Under the pieces are notes generated by a model, which searched no databases, was not told where the DNA came from, and saw only the letters and a program-made list of their open reading frames with translations. 64,000 nt of DNA from Eledone cirrhosa (Eukaryota). Shown in pieces: positions 52,857-64,000 of this stretch (positions within the stretch are counted from its first letter, which is position 1; every line of letters starts with the position of its first letter). The translations under genes and the position numbers were made by a program. The stretch is from positions 54,002,001 to 54,066,000 of the forward strand of contig OZ024749.1 of the NCBI GenBank assembly GCA_964016885.1. Direction: 5' to 3'.

Positions 52857-53706
52857 AAGAGGGAGAGTGAGAGAGAGAGTGAGAGATGTAGGCTCCTGAC
52901 CTGTATTGTCTCATAATGCGACAACCCATCAAACCCATGCAAATATGGAAAATGGACAGTAAAGGATGGACACTAAATGATGATGATGATGATGTATGTG
53001 TGTGTGGAGGCATATATATATATATGTGTGTGTGGGGTTATATATATATGTGTGTGTGTGTGTGTGTAGTGTCAAAGTTTTCCGCAGAATAGATAAAGGA
53101 AACTGAGTGCTTTCTGTTATACACAGAGAAGCAACACTTGCATAGATAGGGTCTCTATGACCTATGTTAGAGTAAGCATCGTAACCTTAGGTAAGAAGCA
53201 ACTGTAACGATGAAATTATATAAATATATATACATATATTATATATATATATATTTATACATGTTAAGGAAAGGAAGAACACATCAATCGTTCTTTTTGT
53301 TTTGAAAAATTTCTGCTTCACATTTGAAAAGAGAGTTATAGCCCCGAAATATACTGGGTAAAACACTATTTTTGCAGTGTTTTGATTTGTTGTATTTTTA
53401 ATTCATTGCCCCCTCTATATATTTCTACTACATTGTACTGGCTTTTTAAAATTTATCAGCAATTTATTGCATCTCTCTCTCTCTATATTTAAATATATAT
53501 ATATATATATATAAATGAAAGGTATAGAAAATATTGTAGCAAAAAACCAACAGTATTCCATAATATATATATATATATATACATATATATATACCCGTCT
53601 AACACGTCTAACCCATGCTAGCATGGAAGAACGGACGTAAAACGGTGATGATGTTGATGATGACCTTTGCAAGCATGGAAAAGCGGATGTAAAATGATGA
53701 TGATGA

Positions 53707-53757
<51 letters not shown>

Positions 53758-53831
53758 CATATATATGTGTACGTATGTATGTATATATATATATAAATGT
53801 ACTAACAAAACAAATGTATTAACCAAAATTA

Positions 53832-53862
<31 letters not shown>

Positions 53863-54708
53863 TTAAAATATTTGGGAAGAAAGGATGGAAATATAAAGGA
53901 ACAAGGAATGTAACAACTAGAAAATAATCGGAATTGGTAAACAAAAACCAGAAAAAAAAGATTAGTGGAAAATGAAAAGTGAGGATTCCAAAAATATTCT
54001 GTTGGAGGTTTTTGTGGTAGTTGGTAGAATTGTCATTCTGTGGAATATGGTGGCTTTCGCTGTTTGATGTCATAAGCTTTTGTTCTTAAGTCTTTGATTT
54101 TTGACAACTTGAACAAGGACTAAGGAGGGAAACTGTGGTGAGAGATAGTGGAGGGTGGGGGAGTGGGGAGAGCGGTGGGGGATGGGGAGAAGAGAGGGGG
54201 AGGGAGTGGGGAAGGTGAATAAACAGGTGTGTAGAATAGCAAGAAGAAAAGGGGGAAGTTGAGGGAGGAAGAGGAGGAGGGGAGGATGGGGGAAGGGGGA
54301 AATTGAGTGAGGAAGAGAGAGGGGAGAGATATAGTGAGTGAGAAAGACGAAGAGAAAGAGAGAGGTAGGGAGATATAGTGAGAGAGAGGGGGGAGAGAGG
54401 AGATAACAGTGAAGTGAGTAAAGACAAACAAAAACAAAAACATGTATTTATGAATACATACATGTGTACGAATTTATGTATATGTATATATGTATGTGTG
54501 TATGTATGTATATATATATATGTATGTGTGTATGTATGTATATGTATGTATGTATGTATGTATGTCTCTGTATGTATGTATGTATATATGTATATTTATC
54601 TGTGTTTGCAGATGAGATAAAGTAAGTAATGGTTGTATCTTATTGAGCTTATCTAAATATATTCATAACGCAATGTATGAGCTAAAGTCATCTTCTGTAA
54701 TCTGGTTA

Positions 54709-54798
<90 letters not shown>

Positions 54799-55056
54799 TT
54801 TAGTACAGCATTAACGAAGTCCTAGTTTGCGGCCAAGCTAATGAATGCAAATTCGGTATGTAGCTTTAGCACTCGAATGGGAATAGTACCCCAGAGTAAT
54901 AACAATACGTTTAGACAGCTTAACAAATCAAATATAGTGATCGGCAGTTCAGCCGCATTACCACAGCCACGAAAATAGAGGACTCAGGAAAAGATTTTTA
55001 TATACATCATCATCACAGTTTTTACATTCAGTTTTTCCATGAGTTGGACTGGTACA

Positions 55057-55500
55057 TCTCTCCACAAGCTGTGTTCCTTCGTTATCTCCTGTGTGAGTCT
55101 CAGTGATTTGAGGTCAGCTCTCCCCACATCTGCCCAGGTCTATCTTGGTCTACCTATCCACAAGCTCTGTTCCTTTGTTATCTCCTCTGTGAGTCTCGGT
55201 GATTTGAGGTCAGCTCTCACTACCTCTGCTCAGGTCTATCTTGGTCTACCTCTCCACAAGCTCTGTTCCTTTGTTATCTCCTCTGTGAGTCTCGGTGATT
55301 TGAGGTCAGCTCTCACTACCTCTGCTCAGGTCTATCTTGGTCTACCTCTCCACAAGCTCTGTTCCTTTGTTATCTCCTCTGTGAGTCTCGGTGATTTGAG
55401 GTCAGCTCTCACTACCTCTGCTCAGGTCTATCTTGGTCCATATCTACTACAGCTTCCTTCTACTGGCATTTCCTGACACTTCTTCATCAAGAAACCATCA
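55057..55500 (-). pseudogene. RTE LINE 3' end with a 96-bp segment tandemly repeated four times
   Basis: Units at 55061, 55157, 55253 and 55349. Minus strand reads MKKCQEMPVEGSC..RGRPR*T*AEVVRADLKSPRLTEEITKEQSLWR (cf. RGRPRKTWxEVVxxDL..LTEEMTKDRxxWR). Confidence 0.85.
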
Positions 55501-55938
55501 AAGCAAGATATATGGTGTCAATTATAAATGCCGTCATAGTCTTCAGCTTGCTTTCGGAGATCTTCAAAATGGCCAAGACCATTCATTGCTCTACAGGTTT
55601 TACATTAGAGTAAACTCCTCTCTCTGCTCTGAGTTCAAATCCCGCCAAAGTTACTTTGGGAATAGTCCCATCCGACAGGCTTCCAAACAGTTTCTCTCTA
55701 CCAAATTTCACTCGCAAGGTATGGTTTGACACCCAAGACTACGTAAGGTAAATGACACTGCCTAACCACACACACACTTACACACTTTTACATACACACA
55801 CTTACACACACAGACATATATATAATGATATGAAGTCTCTGTGTCCAGTACATGAAAGTATGATTAACTAATAATATATATTATTAATACATGTAGTAAT
55901 AAAGTCAAAATAAATACAGCAGTGTGTATATATATATA

Positions 55939-55981
<43 letters not shown>

Positions 55982-56339
55982 ATATATATATATATGTATA
56001 TGTGTGTATATATATATATATGCGTGTGTGTGTATATATATGTGTATATATATATATGTGTGTATATATGTATGTCTATGTATGTAGATGTATATCCATA
56101 TGTGTGACCATATGTGATTATATGTGTGTGTATATGTATGTATATATGTGTGTGTATATGTATGTATATATATATATATGGTTAATGGTTATATTGATTC
56201 TACTTTGAAGGAAATATATTAGTCCTGACATATGACATATGATCTTAGATGAAATCACCTACCAAACAAGTGCAGTACAATACATACATATATATATATA
56301 TATTATATATATATATATTATATATATATATATTATATA

Positions 56340-56388
56340 TATATATAATACCTATATACGTATATATAATAGATATATATATATAATA

Positions 56389-56425
<37 letters not shown>

Positions 56426-56880
56426 CCTATATACATATATATATATATAATACTTATATACATATATATAATACCTATATACATATATATATATAATACC
56501 TATATACATATATATATATAATACCTATATACATATATATATATATATAATACCTATATACATATATATATATATAATACCTATATACATATATATATAT
56601 ATATAATACCTATATACATATATATATATATATATACCTATATACATATATATATATATATATACCTATATACATATATATATAATACCTATATACATAT
56701 ATATATATATATAATACCTATATACATATATATATATATATAATACCTATATACATATATATATATATATATACCTATATACATATATATATAATACCTA
56801 TATACATATATATATATATATAATACCTATATACATATATATATATATATATATAATACCTATATACATATATATATAAT
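56340..56880. repeat. tacctatatacat motif with variable (TA)n spacers
   Basis: About 20 copies visible. Confidence 0.92.
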
Positions 56881-57159
56881 ACATATACATACATACATAT
56901 ATATTTATTATATATATGCATGTATATATAACAGTGTGTGTGTCTATGTGTGTGTATGTGTGAGAGAGAAAGAGTGTGTTTATGAGTGTCTGTGAATATG
57001 TAAAAAAGTAATTGAAATGTTAATATCCTTTCTTTATGGCAATCATCCATTAATGAAATCTGTTTTGTGTGTGTGTGTGTACATGTGCGTGTGTGTGTGT
57101 GTGTGTACATGTGCGTGTGTGTGTGTGTACATGTGTGTGTGTGTGTGTGTGTGTGTATA

Positions 57160-57200
<41 letters not shown>

Positions 57201-57792
57201 ATACAGATATAACTTTATCATACACTTCAGTTGCTGGCTCACCTCTCATTATATATACATATAACATATATATAATATATGTACATATATGTGTGTGTGT
57301 CTATACACATATACATACATATATCATCATCATCGTCGTCGTCATCACCTCACTATTTTATATCTATTTTCCATGTTTGTATGGTTTACAAGAGGTTGTC
57401 ATGTTCTGAGGCCAGACAGGTCAGATAGCTGCACCTCGCATCTCACACACCCATTCCTTTCCAGCATGTTGTCTACAGCTGGATGTCCTTCATAGTGCCA
57501 ACAACATCATACCATGTACAGGGGACCTTTTACCATGGCATCACAGCTACCACCTGACAGGGTGGACTAGGTGCCTTTTACCATGGTACCACAACTACCA
57601 CCTGACATGATGGAATAGGTACCTTTTACCATGGTACCCCAACTACCACCTGACAGGGTACCAACACTATCATCTGATACACTCATAAACTTTGTACAGA
57701 CAAGTTTGAGGACAAAGAGAATGACCAGTATGGTAACAATGATATGTTATTTTCTTTTAATTATCTGTATAATAATCTGTATTTCTATATTC

Positions 57793-58068
57793 CAATATCT
57801 TCCTTTAATGTTTCACAATTACACAATACATATTTCTATGGTCGGATTATGCTATCAAACCATGGCACATTACATTAGTGCAGTCCTTCACCTATCAAAG
57901 CAGTAGGATGTAATTTAATGAGGAATTAGCTGTCATTTCTAGCAGAAATCCAGCATTCATATTATAAAGGTTTGGTATGCACTAATGCAGTGTGTCATAG
58001 TCCGATGATGTATACCAGCCATAGAAATACGTATTATATATTTGCACAACATTAAAGGAAGCATTGCA
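57793..58068. mobile_element. Old foldback/MITE-like inverted repeat, arms about 90 bp
   Basis: cttcctttaatgtt..tatttctatgg..cattagtgca pairs with tgcactaatg..ccatagaaata..aacattaaaggaag. Confidence 0.75.
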
Positions 58069-58189
58069 ATCTGGTCTATTTTCATTGTAATATATATTCA
58101 TGAATCCCTATATTCCGCTGGCTTCATTAACAAATATATATATATATATATATATATCATCATATATACACACACATATATATGTATGA

Positions 58190-58700
58190 GGCAAATTACA
58201 TGCAAAGTAAAGGTACTACTACAAACAAAATGAAAGGAATTAGAATGGTAATAGAAAGTCAATGTATTTTGCTTTGAGAGAAAGGAAGTGGTATTGATGT
58301 TTCAGACAAGTTGTCCTTTGCCAAGATAAATGGAAGGAGAAGAGGAGAGTTGTTATAGAGAAAGAAAAAAAGAAAATGTGTGTGTGTGTGTATGTGTGTG
58401 AGTGTGTGGGTGTGAGTGTGTGAGAGTGGGTGTGTGTGTATGTGAGTGTGTGTGTATGTGAGTGTGTGTGTGTATGTTTATGTGTGTGTGTGAGAGAGAG
58501 TGTGTGTGTGAGAGTGTGTGTATGAGAGTGTGTGAGTGTGTGTGTGTGTGTGTGTGTGTTTATGGAAGAGACATTATTGTGGTGAATAATAATGGAGAGT
58601 TTGTGGTGTCTAACAAAGAAGATTGAGTAGAATAGAGTAGAGAGTTAATGTTGGACATCTGATGAAGAAAGAATTAAATAGGTGGAGGGGGAGTTTGTGT
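58190..58700 (-). mobile_element. Possible decayed Penelope-like 3' region with degenerate hammerhead
   Basis: Minus strand cttggcaa-aggac-aactt-gtct-GAAA-catc at about 58295-58326, followed by a pyrimidine-rich tail ending at TA repeats. Confidence 0.35.
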
Positions 58701-59405
58701 GTAACTATACATGTGTGTGTGTGTGTGTAAGAGCGGAGAAGGTGTGTGTGTGTGAGGAGATAGAGGAGGTAGCGACACTAGTTATAGCATTTTTGGTGTT
58801 AATGACATAATAGCTTAATAGCATGTAAGTGTGATATTGACATGGTAGAATGGTGGAGATTGGCATAAATAAATGTGTGTGTATATATAGAATGTATATA
58901 TATATATATATATGTATATAGAATGTATATATGTATATAGAATGTATATATATATATATAGAATGTATATATATAGAATGTATATATGTAGAATGTATAT
59001 ATGTAGAATATATATATAATGCTAGGATATTGATATAAAAAGTGTATATAAGGTATAATGGGACATGGATGACACTGAGGTGATACCTGTGTTATACGAT
59101 GTAGATTTTATAGGTAGGAAGACAGACACACATACACACACAGACACATAAACACACATGCACAAATACTGCACATACAAATAAGGCATCATATTGTATG
59201 AGTGTGGTTGTAAAGTGGTTATTTGAAGTGTCTCATGTTGTTTGGTAGTATGTGGGTGTATTTAAGGTGAAAATCTACTTCTGTTGGCAACAGAAATGAG
59301 AAATAGTGAAGTAGGGTTATAGCAATGTTGCTGTTGTTGTTGTTGTTGTTGCTGTTGTTGTACAAGACCACAAACAGAAGAGAATTGAAGTAGGAGGCAA
59401 CAATT

Positions 59406-60125
59406 TTAACCCTTTAACATTTACATTACTCTATATATACTATTGTATTTTCACAGTAAAGGCTTTACCTCACATAATATCTCACATAACATTTACATTA
59501 CTCTATATATACTATTGTATTTTCACAGTAAAGGCTTTACCTCACATAATATCTCACATAACATTTACATTACTCTATATATACTATTGTATTTTCACAG
59601 TAAAGGCTTTACCTCACATAATATCTCACATAACATTTACATTACTCTATATATACTATTGTATTTTCACAGTAAAGGCTTTACCTCACATAATATCTCA
59701 CATAACATTTACATTACTCTATATATACTATTGTATTTTCACAGTAAAGGCTTTACCTCACATAATATCTCACATAACATTTACATTACTCTATATATAC
59801 TATTGTATTTTCACAGTAAAGGCTTTACCTCACATAATATCTCACATAACATTTACATTACTCTATATATACTATTGTATTTTCACAGTAAAGGCTTTAC
59901 CTCACATAATATCTCACATAACATTTACATTACTCTATATATACTATTGTATTTTCACAGTAAAGGCTTTATCTCACATAATATCGAACTTACAACATTT
60001 TGATATTATATATTTTGATAGCAATACCTTAACGTAAGTATCAGCAGCCGGTTATGACTGGTTAGAACAGAAAGAGGGGAGAGAATTCTGGCTGGATACG
60101 ACTGGTTTATATGCTAAAGGGTTAA
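59406..60125 (-). mobile_element. Family C MITE inflated by about 8 tandem copies of an internal 72-bp segment
   Basis: TTAA-ccctttaacattta(59406)...atgctaaaggg-TTAA(60122); the 72-bp unit appears as the 24-aa repeat in ORF 59443-60003. Confidence 0.92.
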
Positions 60126-60427
60126 GTGATTGGTTACTTATTTAACAGATGTTCCCTAAAATGTTGTTGCTGTTGTTGTTGTTGTAGAAGACCAGAAAGA
60201 TGAGTAAGATGAGGGATGGCTGTAGCTTGGATTGAAGTGGTTGTTGTCGGTGGCAACAATCACTTCAATGATTGGTTCCTTGTACAACAGACGCTCCCTA
60301 AAAATGATTGGTTAGGTTATAGTTAACCAGTTTCTCTCATATATTAATATATTAAGGTCACAAAGTTTGGTATTTGGTATTTGATACATAGCAAGACAAT
60401 TGGACCACACAGAAGCTCCTTTGTTAG

Positions 60428-61075
60428 TGACATTGGTGAGGGTGGTGGGGGTGATGACATTGGTGGGGGGGGGGGGGTGACATTGGTGGGGGTGATGACA
60501 TTGGTGAGGGTGGGGGTGGGGGGGGTGATGACATTGGTGGGGGTGGTGGTGGTGATGACATTGGTGGTGGTGATGACATTGGTGGGGGTGGGGGTGGGAG
60601 TGACGTTGGTGGGGGTGGGGGTGGGGGTGATGACATTGGTGGGGGTGGTGGTGGTGATGACATGTGTGGGGGTGGTGGTGGTGATGACATTGGTGGGGGT
60701 GGGGGTGGTGGTGACGTTGGTGGGGGTGGTGGTGGTGATGACATTGGTGGGGGTGGTGGTCGTGATGACATTGGTGGGGGTGGGGGTGGTGATGACATTG
60801 GTGGGGGTGGGGTGGTGATGACATTGGTGGGGGTGGTGGTGGTGATGACATGTGTGGGGGTGGGGGTGGTGATGACATTGGTGGGGGTGGTGGTGGTGGT
60901 GACGTTGGTGGGGGTGGTGGTGGTGATGACATTGGTGGGGGTGGTGGTGGTGATGACATTGGTGGGGGTGGTGGTGGTGGTGACGTTGGTGGGGGTGGTG
61001 GTGGTGATAACATTGGTGGGGGTGGTGGTGGTGGTGATGTTGATGATGTTTGTGGCGGTGGTGGTGACATTGGTT
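60428..61075. repeat. G-rich minisatellite of about 27 bp (gtgatgacattggtgggggtggtggtg)
   Basis: Directly visible. Confidence 0.92.
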
Positions 61076-61119
61076 GTGTTGTTGATGTTGATAGTAGCGA
61101 TAATGATGATGATGGCTGT

Positions 61120-61405
61120 GGTAGGGCCGAAACTCAATGCCACAAACCATGTTGTTTGATGCTCTACCGATACTGCCAATTCACCACAATAATAATAATG
61201 ATAATAATAATAATAATTGTTTCTACTTTTGGCACAAGGCCAGCAATTGCCCCAGTGTTTTACTAGAACTTTATTTTATCGACCCCGTAAGGATGAAAGG
61301 TAAAGTTAACCTCGGCGGGATTTGAACTCAGACCGTAAAGAGTCGTAACTCTATGCTGCAAATCATGGCGTCCGACCCTCTACTGATACTGCCAATCCAC
61401 CGCCC
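61120..61405 (-). mobile_element. SINE family A: head fragment (61120-61185) plus full copy (61215-61405)
   Basis: Reverse complement of the family A sequence. Confidence 0.9.
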
Positions 61406-62131
61406 AACAATAATAATAATAATGATTTCTTTATTGGCCACAAGGGCTGACATCAGTAACAAATGACAGCAATGGTAACAACAACAATGGCAGTGCCCCA
61501 GCATGGTCACAGCCTCTCAGCAGGTACATGTAATAGAGTATTAGAGTAACAATGACAACAATGATAATCATAATCCTATTTTTACCATAACTGTATTCTT
61601 CTAAAAGACCCCCCCCCCCACCACAAAAAAAACAAAACAAAACCCCAAAAAAACATATAGAAAAAAAAAATGAGCCCCAGCTGAGCAAACATTAATATCC
61701 CTAGTAAAAGATCAAACATACCCCCGCCCACCTCCACCCCACACGTACCCCGGAAAAAATAAAAAAGAATTAATTAAAATTCTACCCTGTATCAACTCTA
61801 TTCCTGTCTAACAACTGTAACATTATGTAATCTTATAAAGCCAGTTGTTATTATACAATTGCTGATGTCTGTTGTTGAAAACGTATTATATATTACCTGA
61901 TAGGTTTTCATTACAGCTTGCTACCTTATTTATTTAGTTATTGATTGATTTGTTATCTATTGATTTAGTTTGTTTTTAATGACAAGACAAGTAACAAGTA
62001 ATGGTAATTTGATTGACATAAACTATTACAAAGAAATTATGGAAAAATTAATTTTTGTGGCAGCTCAGGTGAAAACACAGTTTAGCTGCAAGTTTGGTAA
62101 ACAATTTGAATCTTTCTGATAAATATATAAT

Positions 62132-62320
62132 AATAATTGTTTCTACTTTTGGCACAAGTCCAGCAATTACCCAGTACATTACTGGTACTTTATTTTATCG
62201 ACCCCGTAAGGATGAAAGGCAAAGTTAACCTCGGCGGGATTTGAACTCAGATCATAAAGGGACGTAACTCTATGCTTCAAAGCATTGTGTCCGACTCTCT
62301 ATCGATACTGCCAATCCACC
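62132..62320 (-). mobile_element. SINE family A, full length
   Basis: Reverse complement of the family A sequence. Confidence 0.92.
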
Positions 62321-62511
62321 AATAATAATAATGACAATCTTCATCACCACCATTTAATATCTGTTTTCCCTCCTATATATATATATGTATATATATCATC
62401 ATCATCGTTTAACGTCTATCTTCCACGCTAGCATGGGTTTATATGTGTATACATATATATGTAGAAATATATATATATATATATCAATATATATATGTAT
62501 GTGTACACACA

Positions 62512-62641
62512 CACATTCCTGATGACGGACTTCTGTCCAAAATGCCAAACCCTCCTCCAGTTCCTCCAAGCGTGAACTTAATATAACTGTGTATTTTTGC
62601 ATCCCTGTGTTTGTTTTGTTTTGTTTCATTTATTAACTGTA
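62512..62641 (+). mobile_element. Family H-related element with mutated hammerhead
   Basis: CTGATGA(62519)-c-ggac-ttct-gtcc-AAAA-tgcc; tail accctc..caagcgtgaacttaatata resembles family H accctc..caagcgttaacctaatata. Confidence 0.6.
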
Positions 62642-62649
62642 TATATATA

Positions 62650-63215
<566 letters not shown>

Positions 63216-63625
63216 CAATAGCCGAAATGCGATTCTCGCTAATTTATATTTATATCTATATATATAGACACACACACAGACATATATATATATATGCACA
63301 CACACACACATAACCACACACATTTTACAAGAAGCATTCTACAGAGTTATCTGTTATTACCATTTCTTTCCAGCACCACACCACGCCACCCCATAACACA
63401 CCCCACACCACACCACACCACACCACACTACACCACACCACCACACCACACCATGCCACACCACACCATGCCACACCACACCACACACCACCACAACACT
63501 GATTCGTGGTTTCTCTAAAGGTTAGAAATAGAAGTAAACACAAATCTGCTTAAAACTCTATAAAAGCACTAAGAATTACCTGCAATTTTTCTATTTTCAA
63601 TTTAGTAGCTGTACCTGCCAAATAG

Positions 63626-63678
<53 letters not shown>

Positions 63679-64000
63679 CATGTATATATATATATATACA
63701 TGTATATATATATATACATGTATATATATATATACATGTGTGAGGTAACAGTACTTTGAAAGTAGAGCAAACCTTCTCTGTTCGTGATGAGAAAAATAAT
63801 TCCATTAGCAAGATTAATACTAAAAATATTGAACAATCAAATAAAATGTCTTTGATCTGTAATTAGTAAGAAATGGTAGAATATAAAGATGTTTATATAT
63901 ATATATACATATATATATATATACATACACACACACAAATATATATATATATATGTATATGTGTGTATATATATATCTCTACACACCCCCACACACATAT

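Noticed and set aside
60312-61266. Mucin- or extensin-like ORFs
   Set aside because: Multiple frames are open over a 27-bp G-rich minisatellite.

Overview
AT-rich eukaryotic DNA saturated with microsatellites and transposons. I recognise no host protein-coding exon, so this is probably intronic or intergenic sequence. The SINE repertoire resembles what I recall from octopus/coleoid cephalopod genomes (inference, not a database result). All long ORFs in the supplied track are artefacts of simple repeats. Identifiable content: several tRNA-derived SINE families, degraded RTE-clade LINE fragments, piggyBac-like (TTAA) and Tigger/pogo-like MITEs, and many minisatellites, several of them visibly born from transposon pieces. 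The best candidate for an undescribed system is a young element at 6260-7030: 2.3 near-identical tandem copies of a highly structured 312-bp monomer, each full copy carrying a type I minimal hammerhead ribozyme, plus an inverted 5' fragment. This fits a non-LTR retrozyme or non-autonomous Penelope-like element predicted to release a 312-nt, possibly circular, RNA. A second dispersed hammerhead-bearing family (26201, 39581, 62512) and several decayed hammerhead cores also occur. Coordinates were counted by eye, and boundaries of degraded elements are approximate.
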